DNA of 64,000 nucleotides from Alphaproteobacteria bacterium (lineage in GTDB: Bacteria > Pseudomonadota > Alphaproteobacteria > UBA9219), in the NCBI GenBank assembly GCA_009779745.1, contig WRDR01000009.1, positions 840 through 64,839 of the forward strand, in the 5' to 3' direction. Positions 39,691-50,789 of this stretch are shown one piece after another (position 1 is the stretch's first letter; every line of letters starts with the position of its first letter). The notes beneath the pieces are model-generated. The model was not told the DNA's origin and made no database searches. It saw only the letters and a list, made by a program, of their open reading frames with translations. The position numbers and the translations under genes are program-made.

Positions 39691-40005
39691 CTATTCAGAA
39701 GCAGACCTTCTTTTAGCATTGTTGATAGTATCCTTGAACACGTGGCTGGCGCGGAAGATTATGACGTTTCTGGGCTTAATAGGCACTTCTTCGCCGGTTT
39801 TAGGGTTGCGCCCCATGCGTTCATTCTTTTTACGGATATGGAAGCTGCCGAAGGAAGATATTTTAACAGTTTCCCCGTTGACAAGAGCGCGGCTCATTTG
39901 TTCGAGAACATCATCTACGAGTTTAGCAGAATCATTCCGGGACAGCCCGACTTCTTGGTAGACAGCCTCAGAGAGTTGAATTCTTGTAAGAGTAGCTTCT
40001 TTCAT
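39691..40005 (-). CDS. ihfA: integration host factor alpha
   Basis: [37 protein letters not shown]. Confidence 0.95.
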   Translation of the reverse strand: MKEATLTRIQLSEAVYQEVGLSRNDSAKLVDDVLEQMSRALVNGETVKISSFGSFHIRKKNERMGRNPKTGEEVPIKPRNVIIFRASHVFKDTINNAKRRSASE

Positions 40006-40311
40006 AGAAAGACCTCCGAATATAAATTAATAACAGACAGAATCATTATTTAATAATAATTTAATATCTGCTTTAGATTTGTCAAACAAATAGCGACATT
40101 TCCACAACTATTTTTAATTAGGCATTAGGAATTATAAAAAAGGCATACGTTAATGATATTCTAACCATGCTGTAACCATATTGTAACTATCTTGTGATAC
40201 TTTATATCTTAAACATGGTTGTGCGCTGCACGATATGTACCTTGTTTCAAAGAGAAAAAATGGTTAACGTCTTAAGAGAATCAAACTCTAACTTATAAAA
40301 AGGATAAAATT

Positions 40312-41484
40312 ATGGAATCGATTGTAATTGCTAGTGCTACCAGAACCGCCATAGGCGCATTCATGGGAGGCTTGTCCACCGTATCAGCCGGAGACCTTGC
40401 GTCAACGTGTATAAAAGAATCTTTAGTGCGCGCCAAAGTGCCTGCAGCAGATGTTTGCGAAGTTCTGCTGGGTCAGATACTCACGGCGGCTCAGGGTCAG
40501 GGTCCAGCCAGATACGCAGCCGTGACCGCAGGTATTCCTTTTGAGAAAACCGCATACGCTATCAATCAAATCTGCGGCTCGGGACTTCGCTCCGTTGCTC
40601 AGGGCGCGGGCTCTATCAAGCTAGGCGAATCGAAAATCGTAGTCGCAGGCGGTATGGAGAATATGAGTCTTTCTCCTCATGCCAAAGAAATGAGAACCGG
40701 AACAAAAATGGGCGATGCTGCTTTTGTTGATACAATGGTAAAGGACGGTCTTTGGGATACCTTTAATAACTATCACATGGGCATCACTGCCGAGAACGTA
40801 GCCGAAAAATTCGGTATCACCCGCGACATGCAGGACGCTTTCGCTTTGAACTCTCAGCAAAAGGCTGCAAAATCTATACAGGACGGCATCTTTGTCGAGG
40901 AAATAGTTCCGGTCATTGTAAAGGGCAGAAAAGGCGATACCATAGTTCAGGTAGACGAGAATCCTAAAGCCACCACTATGGAGTCTCTGGCAAAGCTGAG
41001 ACCGGCTTTCAAAAAAGACGGTACTGTTACGGCAGGCAATGCTTCCTCTATTAATGACGGTGCTTCTACTGTTGTTTTGATGACTGAAAGCGAAGCGGCA
41101 AAACGCGGCGTTACACCGCTCGGACGCATAGTGTCTTGGGCTACAAGAGGCGTTGATCCCGCTATTATGGGTATGGGACCTGTGCCGGCATCAAGGGCTG
41201 CTCTGGAGCTGGCTGGCTGGTCTGTCAATGACCTTGATTTGATAGAAGCAAACGAGGCTTTTGCCGCTCAGGCTTGCGCTGTGAACAAGGAAATGGGCTG
41301 GGACGTTTCTAAAGTCAACGTGAACGGAGGAGCTATTGCTCTGGGACACCCAATAGGTGCGTCCGGAACCCGCGTCCTCACGACTCTGTTGTATACCATG
41401 AAGCGTCAGAATGCGAAAAAAGGTCTTGTGACTTTGTGTATAGGCGGCGGCATGGGAATTTCTATGTGCGTTGAGCGTCTATAG
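40312..41484 (+). CDS. phaA: acetyl-CoA acetyltransferase (beta-ketothiolase)
   Basis: [25 protein letters not shown]; adjacent to phaB. Confidence 0.93.
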   Translation: MESIVIASATRTAIGAFMGGLSTVSAGDLASTCIKESLVRAKVPAADVCEVLLGQILTAAQGQGPARYAAVTAGIPFEKTAYAINQICGSGLRSVAQGAGSIKLGESKIVVAGGMENMSLSPHAKEMRTGTKMGDAAFVDTMVKDGLWDTFNNYHMGITAENVAEKFGITRDMQDAFALNSQQKAAKSIQDGIFVEEIVPVIVKGRKGDTIVQVDENPKATTMESLAKLRPAFKKDGTVTAGNASSINDGASTVVLMTESEAAKRGVTPLGRIVSWATRGVDPAIMGMGPVPASRAALELAGWSVNDLDLIEANEAFAAQACAVNKEMGWDVSKVNVNGGAIALGHPIGASGTRVLTTLLYTMKRQNAKKGLVTLCIGGGMGISMCVERL

Positions 41485-41499
41485 TAAGAGTTTTAACCG

Positions 41500-41524
41500 C
41501 AGGGAGTCTATAACGGACTCCCTG
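41500..41524. other. intercistronic hairpin between phaA and phaB
   Basis: cagggagtc/gactccctg stem. Confidence 0.55.
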
Positions 41525-41544
41525 TTTAACTAAAGGAGAGAATT

Positions 41545-42279
41545 ATGAGTGAAATAACAAGAGTTGCTGTTGTTACAGGCGGCACAAGCGGTATCGGTGC
41601 AGCTATATCTGCGGCATTACAGCAAGCCGGCTGCAAAGTTGCGGCAGGTTATGTAGGCAATGAAGAAGGCGCAAAAGCATTCCATGCAAAGACCGGCATT
41701 CCTATTTACAAGTTTGACGTGAGTCGTTTTTATGAATGTAAAGCAGTTGTTGAACAGATAACCAAGGATCTGGGCACTATAAACGTATTGGTGAATAACG
41801 CCGGTATTACCAAGGACGTAATGCTGCACAAGATGACGCCTGAGCAGTGGAACGATGTTATAAACATCAACCTGAACTCTATGTTCAATATGACAAGACA
41901 TGTCATAGAAGGCATGAGAGACCAGGGTTTCGGACGCGTCATCAACATAAGCTCTATCAACGGTCAGAAAGGTCAGATGGGTCAGACAAACTATTCCGCA
42001 TCAAAAGCCGGCATAATAGGATTTACTAAGGCTCTGGCTCAGGAATCTGCAGGCAAGGGCATTACTGTAAACACTATTGCGCCCGGATATATCAAAACAG
42101 AAATGGTTGCTGCTATTAAGCCCGAAATTCTGGATCAGATTGTTGCCGGTATTCCGGTGAAAAGACTCGGTGCTGTAGAAGAAATAGCGGCTGCAGTTGT
42201 TTATCTTGTTTCCGATACTGCCGGATTTATGACAGGTGCCACGCTTGCTATTAACGGCGGACAGTACTGTTCGGGTTAA
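41545..42279 (+). CDS. phaB: acetoacetyl-CoA reductase
   Basis: TGGTSGIG, NNAGIT, SSINGQKGQMGQTNYSASKAG. Confidence 0.95.
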   Translation: MSEITRVAVVTGGTSGIGAAISAALQQAGCKVAAGYVGNEEGAKAFHAKTGIPIYKFDVSRFYECKAVVEQITKDLGTINVLVNNAGITKDVMLHKMTPEQWNDVININLNSMFNMTRHVIEGMRDQGFGRVINISSINGQKGQMGQTNYSASKAGIIGFTKALAQESAGKGITVNTIAPGYIKTEMVAAIKPEILDQIVAGIPVKRLGAVEEIAAAVVYLVSDTAGFMTGATLAINGGQYCSG

Positions 42280-42300
42280 GCTGTACTGTGAGTTTAAAAG

Positions 42301-42336
42301 AAACGCCTCTCTGCGATATGCAAAGAGGCGTTTTTT
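42301..42336. terminator. probable bidirectional intrinsic terminator between phaB and purH
   Basis: aaacgcctct...agaggcgtttttt. Confidence 0.75.
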
Positions 42337-42360
42337 AGTGTGGAGTGTGGAGTGTGGAGT
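42337..42360. repeat. (AGTGTGG)x3
   Basis: seen directly after the purH stop. Confidence 0.8.
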
Positions 42361-42362
42361 TA

Positions 42363-43949
42363 TCAATGTCTAAAGTGTCGTATGCCGGTGAATATCATGG
42401 CTAGGTTGTGCTTGTTGGCGGCGTCTATCACCTCGTTATCTTTAATTGAACCTCCGGGCTGAATGACTGCCGTAGCTCCTGCGCTGACAATAGCTTCCAA
42501 GCCGTCTGCAAAAGGAAAGAAGGCATCGGAAGCGGCAACACTGCCATTTGTAGGCGTATCAGAGAGTCCCAGTACCGCCGCAGTATCTTTGGCTTTTTTT
42601 GCAGCAATAACCGCGCTGTCAAGGCGGTTCATCTGACCTGCGCCTATGCCTACGGTTGCGCCTTGTTTTGCATATACTATTGTATTGGACTTTACGTGTT
42701 TTGCGACTGTGAATGCAAAGACCAAATCTTTCAGCTCTTGCGCAGTGGGCTGTCTTTTAGTCACGCACTTCAGCGCAGCATTATCAAGAACTATGTTGTC
42801 TCTGCTCTGAAGCAGAACTCCGCCGCTCACAGAGCGGAACACTACTCCGGTCCTCAGAGGATCAGGCAAAGAACCGGTAGTAAGAACTCTCACGTTAGGT
42901 TTTGCTGCAAACACAGCTTTTGCTTCATCGTCCGCATCGGGCGCAATAATGACTTCAGAGAATATTTTCGTGATAGCTTCCGCAACGTCCTTAGTAATAA
43001 TTTTGTTGCAGGCAATGATTCCTCCGAAAGGACTCACGGTATCGCAATTAAAAGCCTTTTGGTATGCTTCCAAGAGAGTAGCTCCTGTTGCGACTCCGCA
43101 GGGGTTTGCGTGTTTTATAATCGCAACCGCGGGAGCGTCTTTGAACTCGCTTATCAAATCAAATGCCGCATCAGTATCGCCTATGTTGTTATAGCTCAGA
43201 GGCTTTCCTTGTATAATAGACGCAGTTGCAATACTTGAAATTTTATTATCATTAAAAGAATAAAACGCTGCGCTCTGATGAGGGTTTTCGCCGTATCTTA
43301 AATCCTGTTTTTTCCGTGCGGAAATGTTAAGGACTTCAGGATACTGTTCGCCCAGCTGTTTAGCAAACCATGTGCTGATTGCACTGTCGTATTGCGCAGT
43401 GTGCGCGTAAGCTGCTGCTGCCAGATGTTTTCTGAACTCAAGACCGGTGCCTCCGTCATGAGATGAGAGCTCTTCTATCAATTTATCGTACTGATTAACA
43501 CTGGTAATGACTGTTACAGCAGCATGATTCTTAGCTGCGCTGCGCACCATAGAAGGACCGCCTATATCTATGTTTTCGATACAAGCTGCGAAATCCGCGC
43601 CTTTATCTACGGTTTCGGAAAACGGATACAGATTTATGACTACCAAATCAATCTCCGGGATATTGTGTTCTTTTGCTTGCTGTTTGTGAGATTTCAGATC
43701 TCTTCTTTGCAGCAATCCTCCGTGTATTTTCGGGTGCAGAGTCTTGACCCTGCCGTCCATCATTTCAGGGAAACCCGTATAGCTGCTCACTTCTATAACC
43801 GGAATGCCTGCGTCCTTAATGGCTTTAGCAGAGCCGCCTGTAGACAATATCTCGACTCCCAGCGAGGACAGTTTCGCTGCAAGAGGCACCAGTCCGCTTT
43901 TATCAGAAACAGAGATAATAGCTCGTTTGATTTTACAAATATTTGTCAT
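42363..43949 (-). CDS. purH: bifunctional AICAR transformylase/IMP cyclohydrolase
   Basis: [40 protein letters not shown]. Confidence 0.98.
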   Translation of the reverse strand: MTNICKIKRAIISVSDKSGLVPLAAKLSSLGVEILSTGGSAKAIKDAGIPVIEVSSYTGFPEMMDGRVKTLHPKIHGGLLQRRDLKSHKQQAKEHNIPEIDLVVINLYPFSETVDKGADFAACIENIDIGGPSMVRSAAKNHAAVTVITSVNQYDKLIEELSSHDGGTGLEFRKHLAAAAYAHTAQYDSAISTWFAKQLGEQYPEVLNISARKKQDLRYGENPHQSAAFYSFNDNKISSIATASIIQGKPLSYNNIGDTDAAFDLISEFKDAPAVAIIKHANPCGVATGATLLEAYQKAFNCDTVSPFGGIIACNKIITKDVAEAITKIFSEVIIAPDADDEAKAVFAAKPNVRVLTTGSLPDPLRTGVVFRSVSGGVLLQSRDNIVLDNAALKCVTKRQPTAQELKDLVFAFTVAKHVKSNTIVYAKQGATVGIGAGQMNRLDSAVIAAKKAKDTAAVLGLSDTPTNGSVAASDAFFPFADGLEAIVSAGATAVIQPGGSIKDNEVIDAANKHNLAMIFTGIRHFRH

Positions 43950-43983
43950 GTTAGGAATCCTTAAAGAGTTAAATGTTGTTTGT

Positions 43984-43999
43984 TTAACACATTTTTAAC
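43984..43999. promoter_or_regulatory. putative CtrA box between purH and prs
   Basis: ttaa-cacattt-ttaac. Confidence 0.35.
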
Positions 44000-44084
44000 A
44001 ATTGCCAAACACTAAAAATGAAATCTTTGACAAAGAAAAAGAATATTGTTATATACGCTCTGCAAACTAAAACAGGATTTAAGC

Positions 44085-45038
44085 ATGAAAATTATTGCCG
44101 GAAACGCTAATAAGCCGCTCGCAGAAGCCATTGCCTCGCACTTAGGCATTCCTTTAACGAAATCTTCCACCCGCTGTTTTTCCGATAAGGAAATATTTTT
44201 CGAAGTGCTTGAAAACGTCAGAGGAGAAGATGTTTTTATTATTCAGCCTACGTCTTTTCCGGCTAACGATAACCTTATGGAACTGCTGATAAGTCTTGAC
44301 GCTCTAAGAAGAGCTTCCGCCAGAAGAATCACCGTTGTTATGCCTTATTTCGGATACGCCAGACAGGACAGGAAGACTACTTCACGCTCTCCTATATCTG
44401 CAAAGCTGGTGGCTAATCTGATAACCGTTGCCGGTGCAGACAGAGTTTTAACCTTAGATTTGCACGCAGGGCAGATTCAGGGCTTTTTTGATATTCCGGT
44501 AGACAATTTATTCCTAGTTCCTTTGTTTACCAAATATGTGAAAGAAAAGCTTTCAGTACACGGGGTTCTGCCTAAGGAGCTTATGGTAGTGTCTCCTGAT
44601 GTCGGAGGCGTTGTGCGTGCAAGAGCTTTTGCCAAGAAGCTGGACTGCGGGCTTGCCGTTATTGACAAACGCAGAGAAAAAGCGGGAGAGTCCGAAGTCA
44701 TGAACATCATCGGCGAGGTCAACGGCATGGACTGCCTCATGATAGACGATATGGTAGATACTGCCGGCACACTGTGCAATGCGGCTACAGCTCTTAAGAA
44801 GGCAGGAGCCAAGACGGTTTCCGCGTATTGTTCTCACGGGGTTTTGTCGGGATCCGCCTTAGAGAAGATTGCTAAGTCTGAGCTGGAAAAAGTAGTAATT
44901 ACTAACTCTATATGCTCCAAGCCTGAAGAAGAGCTGCGCAAATGCTCTAAGCTGGAATACCTGTCGGTAGCTCCTTTGCTGGCAGAGGCTATTGCGAGAA
45001 TTAACCAAGAAAGGTCTGTTTCCAGTCTGTTTGATTAA
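44085..45038 (+). CDS. prs: ribose-phosphate pyrophosphokinase
   Basis: [37 protein letters not shown]. Confidence 0.98.
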   Translation: MKIIAGNANKPLAEAIASHLGIPLTKSSTRCFSDKEIFFEVLENVRGEDVFIIQPTSFPANDNLMELLISLDALRRASARRITVVMPYFGYARQDRKTTSRSPISAKLVANLITVAGADRVLTLDLHAGQIQGFFDIPVDNLFLVPLFTKYVKEKLSVHGVLPKELMVVSPDVGGVVRARAFAKKLDCGLAVIDKRREKAGESEVMNIIGEVNGMDCLMIDDMVDTAGTLCNAATALKKAGAKTVSAYCSHGVLSGSALEKIAKSELEKVVITNSICSKPEEELRKCSKLEYLSVAPLLAEAIARINQERSVSSLFD

Positions 45039-45084
45039 AAAAATGCTGGAAAAGTAAAAGAATTTTCTGTATGAGTACTTGCGG

Positions 45085-45117
45085 TAAGAACAGACACCCC
45101 TGGAGGTCTGGCTCTTA
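45085..45117 (+). promoter_or_regulatory. hairpin in the rplY leader, possible autoregulatory RNA element
   Basis: taaga-a-cagac-acccctggag-gtctg-gc-tctta stem-loop upstream of rplY. Confidence 0.4.
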
Positions 45118-45150
45118 TTTTAAATTAACTATAATGTAAGGGGAAATAAA

Positions 45151-45846
45151 ATGGCTAAGAAGAATATAGAAGTAATCGGCGTTGATGTGAAGTCTAGGAC
45201 TAAGACGACTAAGGGTGCGATTGCTATTTTAAGAAAAGACGGCTTTGTGCCCGCAGTAGTTTACGGAAATAATCAGGAGCCTCTGACTGTTGCAATGGAG
45301 CAAAAGATACTGGCTCGTTTGCTGGAAAAGTCAGGATTTACGACTACTCTGTTTGATTTGGAAATAAACGGCAAGAAGCACAGAGTAATTCCAAGGGCCG
45401 TACAGTTTCACCCGGTAACAGATATTCCTCTGCATGTAGATTTTCTGCGCGTATCCGAGCATACAAGAATTAAGGTTGCAATTCCGGTCTCGTTTGTGAA
45501 TGCGGACAAATCGCCCGGCATCAAGCGCGGCGGCACGCTGAACATAGTGCACCATACTATTAAAGTATCTTGTGCTCCGGATAATATACCTCCTAAGTTT
45601 GAAGTGAACCTTGAAGGGCTTCAGATAAACGATGCAATCCACATCGGAATGGTAGAACTGCCCGAAGGCGTGAAGATGCTTTCTAAGGAAGAAAATTATA
45701 CGATAGCTACCATAGCTGTACCGTCTGCGGTCAGAAGCGAGAAGGACGCTGCGGCAGCAGCTCCGGCTGCGGCTGCACCGGCGGCGGCTCCTGCGGCGGC
45801 GGCAGCTCCGGCTGCGGCGGCTAAGAAACCGGAAGCGAAGAAATAA
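45151..45846 (+). CDS. rplY: 50S ribosomal protein L25/Ctc
   Basis: LRKDGFVPAVVYG, QFHPVTD.PLHVDF, GIKRGG; Ala/Pro tail. Confidence 0.96.
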   Translation: MAKKNIEVIGVDVKSRTKTTKGAIAILRKDGFVPAVVYGNNQEPLTVAMEQKILARLLEKSGFTTTLFDLEINGKKHRVIPRAVQFHPVTDIPLHVDFLRVSEHTRIKVAIPVSFVNADKSPGIKRGGTLNIVHHTIKVSCAPDNIPPKFEVNLEGLQINDAIHIGMVELPEGVKMLSKEENYTIATIAVPSAVRSEKDAAAAAPAAAAPAAAPAAAAAPAAAAKKPEAKK

Positions 45847-45910
45847 GTTTGGAGTGTGGAGTTTGGAACTGGTACGTATTCTTAACTCCACTCTCAACAC
45901 TCCACACTCC
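45847..45910. repeat. heptamer element with inverted arms around a GTACGTATTC core
   Basis: ggagtgtggagt...gtacgtattc...actccacactcc. Confidence 0.85.
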
Positions 45911-45925
45911 TAAGCAGGAACCACA

Positions 45926-46525
45926 ATGAAAATACTAGTAGGCTTAGGCAATTTCGGAGATGAGTACAAAGGTCATAGGCACAATATAGGGTTTATGGCA
46001 ATAGAAGATATTGCGGAAAATATCGGCGTCAGTGTCTGGAAGAAAAAATTCAAGAGTTTGACAGCGGAAGGAATCATAGGGGACAGCAAGATATTTCTTG
46101 TTAAGCCGCAAACATACATGAATCTTTCAGGGAATGCCGTCAGGGAAGTGCTGGAGTTTTATAATTTAAAGGCGGAAGACGTGATAGTCTTTCACGATGA
46201 CATAGACTTGGAAAGAGGAACGGTGAGAGTAAAGCAGGGAGGAGGAACCGGAGGGCACAACGGACTTAAATCACTAGATGAACAGATAGGAATTAATTAT
46301 ACAAGAGTCCGGCTGGGAATAGGGAGACCTGTTACAACAGAGGGAGAGATAGTAAGAGGGGACGCAGTAACGAATTTTGTTCTGAGTAATTTTGCGAAAG
46401 CAGATAAAGAGTGGCTGGAAAAAATAATAGCACTATGTACGAAAAACGTAGTGTTGTTGGCGGAGGGGAAGAATACGGACTTTAGTAATAATGTAAAATG
46501 TGGAGTTAGGGGAATGGAAAATTAA
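45926..46525 (+). CDS. pth: peptidyl-tRNA hydrolase
   Basis: VGLGN, RHNIGF, KPQTYMNLSG, HDDID, GHNGLKS. Confidence 0.97.
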   Translation: MKILVGLGNFGDEYKGHRHNIGFMAIEDIAENIGVSVWKKKFKSLTAEGIIGDSKIFLVKPQTYMNLSGNAVREVLEFYNLKAEDVIVFHDDIDLERGTVRVKQGGGTGGHNGLKSLDEQIGINYTRVRLGIGRPVTTEGEIVRGDAVTNFVLSNFAKADKEWLEKIIALCTKNVVLLAEGKNTDFSNNVKCGVRGMEN

Positions 46526-46570
46526 ATCCCTTTTTCAGCTTTCAGTTTTCAATTCAACTCCACACTCTAT

Positions 46571-47146
46571 TCACCAAGTCCTAATATTCCCTATGTCTAT
46601 GTGCAGGTGTTGAGTGTTAGGATAGTATGAAACTCCGCCTCTCTGCATTGTCTTAGCTATTTCGCCCATTGCTTTGCCGTTCACTCCGATAATCCTGAAG
46701 TCTACAGCCCAGCCTCTCATGTGCAGGCTCTCGCTGGAAATCTGACTGTTAGTCTTAGCAAGCTTAGCATTAGTTGCCGGAGACCTGTATCCGGACGATA
46801 CTTGAAATTCTACATGAGCAGGCAGCCCCATTCTTTTCCGTAAGTCCACCATATAGTCTATCAGCTCTACATCTATGCTGCCGACTTTGCCGTTATTCCT
46901 GTCCCTCATGATGTTATTGATTTTCTTTAAAGCTGCGCTGTTGTATTTGCCGTTATTGAAATAAGTTACGTCTATGCGTTCTTTGCTTTGAACATGAACT
47001 ATAACTATTCTGCGCACAGGGTCTCTGTCCGCAGCAACCTTTGGCAGACCTCTGCCGCTGACATTCTTTATATGCGGAGAAGAAGCGCAGCCCGCACATA
47101 GTGCCGCTATGATAAAAGTACTTAATATTATTTTAAATATTTTCAT
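46571..47146 (-). CDS. YcbK/DUF882 (MepK-like) M15 peptidase lipoprotein
   Basis: lipobox CAGC, SGYRSPATN, SLHMRG.AVD, HIDIG..RTW. Confidence 0.85.
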   Translation of the reverse strand: MKIFKIILSTFIIAALCAGCASSPHIKNVSGRGLPKVAADRDPVRRIVIVHVQSKERIDVTYFNNGKYNSAALKKINNIMRDRNNGKVGSIDVELIDYMVDLRKRMGLPAHVEFQVSSGYRSPATNAKLAKTNSQISSESLHMRGWAVDFRIIGVNGKAMGEIAKTMQRGGVSYYPNTQHLHIDIGNIRTW

Positions 47147-47754
47147 GTTGCTCCCGATAAATAATAAAGACCGTTATTAGTCAAAAGGTAATTTGTCACG
47201 CCGAGTTTTTCTAATTTTTTTCTCAGCTGATAAACATGCGTTTCCAGAGTCTTTGTCTCTATCCGCTCGTCATATCCCCAGATTTTGTTCAGTATATCCT
47301 GTCTCTGCATCGGAGCAGCAGCCAGCAGTTCCAAGAGGGCGAACTCTTTTTCAGTGAGCTTTACAGTGTTTTCCGGCTTCTCTTTCAGACAGATGCTTTT
47401 GTCTTTAGATTCCAAGATTATGCTGCCGAGATTTATAGTCGTTTTTTTCAGAAGCGGTTGTACATTGACATAATACTCCAGCCTGTCAATAAGATACCCC
47501 AAGCGCACCGGACTTGGGAAAATTTCCTTAAAACAATCCAGATTCTCTTTTGGGGCTATAGCAAGAATTGTTAGATTTTTCTGTTCCAGAACACTAAGAT
47601 CTTTCGGAGTTACGCTCGGAAAATCTATTATCAGTATGCAACTATCGGTTAAGTCCTCTAAGTTATCGAGGACACTAAAGCCTATATGCTCTTCAAGAAC
47701 GCTTACAAAAGAAGTATCTTTGCTGTATAAAAATATATTGGTCATATTGGGCAT
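47143..47754 (-). CDS. OmpR/PhoB-type winged-helix regulator with degenerate receiver domain
   Basis: LTEKEFALL, IWGY..ETKTLETHVYQLRKKL. Confidence 0.8.
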   Translation of the reverse strand: MPNMTNIFLYSKDTSFVSVLEEHIGFSVLDNLEDLTDSCILIIDFPSVTPKDLSVLEQKNLTILAIAPKENLDCFKEIFPSPVRLGYLIDRLEYYVNVQPLLKKTTINLGSIILESKDKSICLKEKPENTVKLTEKEFALLELLAAAPMQRQDILNKIWGYDERIETKTLETHVYQLRKKLEKLGVTNYLLTNNGLYYLSGAT

Positions 47755-47799
47755 TCTACTATATAATTATTACAAATTTGATAAGAAAAGGCAAAAAAC

Positions 47800-48351
47800 A
47801 TGCTGATAATCGGACTTACCGGAGGAATAGGCACCGGAAAAAGCACGGCAGCCAAGATGTTCGAGGAGTGCAACATTCCGGTATTCTATGCGGATAAAGC
47901 TGCACACGAAGCTCTGGAAGAAATTTCAGACAGACAGAGCTTTTCAAGAGAAAAAATCGCAGATGAAATTTTTGCAGATGATGAGGCTAGGAAGAAACTC
48001 GAGGCTGTTCTGCACCCCAGAGTTTTAGAAAAAATGAATCTATTTATAGAAGAGCATAAAAAGCAAAAAAAACCTTTTGTTGTGCTGGAAGTGCCTCTTT
48101 TGTTTGAGGCAGGATTTGATACTTATTGCGATAAAGTAATCTGTGCCGCTGCGAGCGAGTCCGCACAAAAACAAAGAGTCGTGTCCCGCGCGGGAATGAC
48201 TCCAGAAAGATTCGAGGCTATCAAACGAACACAAATGCCGGAAGCTGAAAAACAGCAGAAATCAGATTTTCTGATTAACACGGATTGCAGCACTTCTGAA
48301 ACTAAAAGCAGAGTTCTGGAACTGGTAAAAAAATTGAAAATGGAAAATTGA
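47800..48351 (+). CDS. coaE: dephospho-CoA kinase
   Basis: IGLTGGIGTGKST, LHPRV, EVPLLFE. Confidence 0.95.
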   Translation: MLIIGLTGGIGTGKSTAAKMFEECNIPVFYADKAAHEALEEISDRQSFSREKIADEIFADDEARKKLEAVLHPRVLEKMNLFIEEHKKQKKPFVVLEVPLLFEAGFDTYCDKVICAAASESAQKQRVVSRAGMTPERFEAIKRTQMPEAEKQQKSDFLINTDCSTSETKSRVLELVKKLKMEN

Positions 48352-48400
48352 AAATTATTTTTCTCACCTAATTTTCCATTTCCCATTCCCCATTTTCCAC
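48331..48400. repeat. convergent AAAATGG-type heptamer tails of coaE and recF
   Basis: aaattgaaaatggaaaattgaaaatt and attttccatttcccattccccattttccac. Confidence 0.75.
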
Positions 48401-49516
48401 TTTAAAAAGCTGTGCCTTGCCAAACATAGATTGAAAAAAGTTCTTTTCTGTTCCGCTTATCCATGCTTGCGTACCTATATCAAAGACAGCCTCGAAAAGA
48501 GCCTCTCTTCTGTACTCATCAAGATGAGCCGCTATGTCATCAAGCAAAAATATAGGAGGAAAACCTCTAAGCTGTTCTATGAGTCTTACAAAGGACAGCA
48601 TAATAGAGACAATAAGAGCTTTTTGTTCGCCTGTAGAACATAAATCCGCAAGACAGGATTTGTCTCTGTAAAAAACTTTTAAATCGCTTTTGTGCGCTCC
48701 TAAAGCAGCAGTGCCTTTTTCTCTGTCTTCTGTTCTGGATTTTTCCAAAGCTGCGCGCAAGGCATCTTCTACAAGAAGAGCCGGGCTGTTTCTCAAAGCA
48801 TCTTCTGCGAAACCGGCAACCACAATATCAGCTTTAGGAAAAGCATCTGTGCTTTCATTGACAACAGCCTGTAAACTGTTCTCCATGTGCAAACGAGTTG
48901 CCGCAATCGCAACAGACTTTTGAGCCATTTCGTTTTCCAAAGCAGCGAGCCACTTTGCATCAGGTCTGTTATTCTGCAAAAGAATGTTGCGCTCCCGCAT
49001 GGCTTTTTCGTATGAAGAAACTCTGCCTCCGTGAGAAGGCGCAAAAGTGTATGCCAGTTTGTCCAGAAATTTTCTGCGCAACCCGGCTCCCTGAGACAAG
49101 AGCCTGTCCATTTCCGGAATAATCCAAGACACGGCTATGTGTTCAGACAGCTCGGTCTGATTTTTCAGAGGTTTTCCGTCCAGAAGAATCAGCCTTTTGT
49201 CAGGCTGCGAGTCTTTTTCGGACAAGTATTTGGGTTCTATGCCGGTACTGATTTTGAGAACTTCATCTTTTGAATATATCTCTGAAGCGACTCCCCAAGG
49301 AAAGACCGTATCTTTATTCTGCAGCTCTGTAAGCGCAGCCCTGCGCAGCCCTTTTCCGGGAGACAAAAGGCTGACCGCTTCCAGAATGTTAGTTTTGCCG
49401 CTGCCGTTCTCGCCGATAAGAATTACCGGCTCCTTAGACAGATTCATGCGCAGTGTTTTATAATTTCTGAAATTAGTCAGAGTGATACTTTGTATGAACA
49501 ATTCTTCACTCCTCAT
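48368..49516 (-). CDS. recF: DNA replication/repair protein RecF
   Basis: NFRNY, GENGSGKTNILEA, CSTGEQKAL, LLDDIAAHLD. Confidence 0.95.
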   Translation of the reverse strand: MRSEELFIQSITLTNFRNYKTLRMNLSKEPVILIGENGSGKTNILEAVSLLSPGKGLRRAALTELQNKDTVFPWGVASEIYSKDEVLKISTGIEPKYLSEKDSQPDKRLILLDGKPLKNQTELSEHIAVSWIIPEMDRLLSQGAGLRRKFLDKLAYTFAPSHGGRVSSYEKAMRERNILLQNNRPDAKWLAALENEMAQKSVAIAATRLHMENSLQAVVNESTDAFPKADIVVAGFAEDALRNSPALLVEDALRAALEKSRTEDREKGTAALGAHKSDLKVFYRDKSCLADLCSTGEQKALIVSIMLSFVRLIEQLRGFPPIFLLDDIAAHLDEYRREALFEAVFDIGTQAWISGTEKNFFQSMFGKAQLFKVENGEWEMEN

Positions 49517-49529
49517 TCCTAATTCCTCA

Positions 49530-50654
49530 TTATTTAAAAAAATCTTTAATCACAGAAATAAATCCGTCACTCATCGGACTCGAAGAGTTTTCCGTTTCGA
49601 ATTCCGCCAGAAGCTCTTTTTGGCGTTTTGTCATTTTTACCGGAGTTTCTACAACAAACTCTATGACAAACTCGCCTCTGTTTCCGGACTTGTATACTGA
49701 CATGCCTTTGCGCCCAATCGTAGTTCTCTGTCCGGACTGAGTGCCTTCAGGTATTTTAACATTGCAGGAAGAGCCGTCTATAGACGGTACTTCTATGTTG
49801 CCCCCCAAGGCAGCTTTTACCATAGGTATCGGCACTTTGCAGTAAATATACGAACCCTCGCGCTGAAAAATCTCGTGGCGTTTTATATTAATCACTACGT
49901 ATAAGTCGCCTGAGTGTCCCCCGTTCAATCCAGCCATGCCTTCGCCGCCTATGCGTATTCTCATGCCGTCTTCCAGTCCGGACGGAACAGCGACCGCCAG
50001 AGTTTTCTGTTTGGATATTCTTCCGGCTCCTTTGCATTTTTTACACGGTTCTTTGATTATCCGCCCGGATCCCTGACAGCTGGGGCATGTGTGTTCTACT
50101 GCAAAAAAACCTTGCTGCGCTCTTACTCTGCCTCTGCCGCCGCACATACTGCACTCTGCGGGAGTTGTTCCTTTTGCGCAGCACGACCCAAAACACTCAT
50201 CGCACACCACAGCGGTTTGTATCGTGATGTTCTTTGTAATGCCGGAAAATGCTTCTTCCAGAGTTATTTCCAAATCATACCTTAAATCTTCGCCTCGCTT
50301 GGCTCCGTTTTTGCGTCTTCTGTCTCCGCCCAGTCCTCCTAAAATATCGCCGAACATGTCGTCAAACAGGTCGGAAAAACCAGCACTGAAATCAAAGCCG
50401 CCCATGCCGGCTCCTCCGAAGCCTCCGTTTTCAAAAGCCCCATGCCCGAATCTGTCGTAAGCAGCTCTTTTCTGAGGATCTCCTAAGACATCATAGGCTT
50501 CATTGATTTCTTTGAATTTTATCTCGAACTCTACATTTCCATGATTTCTGTCCGGGTGGTACTGCATAGCGAGCTTGCGGTATGACTTCTTGAGTTCATC
50601 TTGCGTAGCAGTCCTTACTACACAAAGCACTTCGTAATAATCTCTTTTAGACAT
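49530..50654 (-). CDS. dnaJ: chaperone DnaJ
   Basis: J domain with HPD, G/F region, four CxxCxGxG-type repeats. Confidence 0.97.
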   Translation of the reverse strand: MSKRDYYEVLCVVRTATQDELKKSYRKLAMQYHPDRNHGNVEFEIKFKEINEAYDVLGDPQKRAAYDRFGHGAFENGGFGGAGMGGFDFSAGFSDLFDDMFGDILGGLGGDRRRKNGAKRGEDLRYDLEITLEEAFSGITKNITIQTAVVCDECFGSCCAKGTTPAECSMCGGRGRVRAQQGFFAVEHTCPSCQGSGRIIKEPCKKCKGAGRISKQKTLAVAVPSGLEDGMRIRIGGEGMAGLNGGHSGDLYVVINIKRHEIFQREGSYIYCKVPIPMVKAALGGNIEVPSIDGSSCNVKIPEGTQSGQRTTIGRKGMSVYKSGNRGEFVIEFVVETPVKMTKRQKELLAEFETENSSSPMSDGFISVIKDFFK

Positions 50655-50723
50655 CAACAACCCTCGTTTTTTGCATAACTCCAAAGAAATATAGTCATCT
50701 TTACCGATAAAACAAGTGAGAAA

Positions 50724-50780
50724 AGTGTGGAGTGTGGAGTCGGTGCGTATTCCCCTTCCCTTAGAAAGGGAAGGGGAATA
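50724..50780. repeat. heptamer arm, GTGCGTATTC core and palindrome (copy C)
   Basis: agtgtggagtgtggagtcg-gtgcgtattc-cccttcccttagaaagggaaggggaata. Confidence 0.8.
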
Positions 50781-50789
50781 TATTTTCTC

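Noticed and set aside
45748-45822. GC-rich repeat at the rplY 3' end
   Set aside because: It encodes the Ala/Pro tail common in L25/Ctc proteins.
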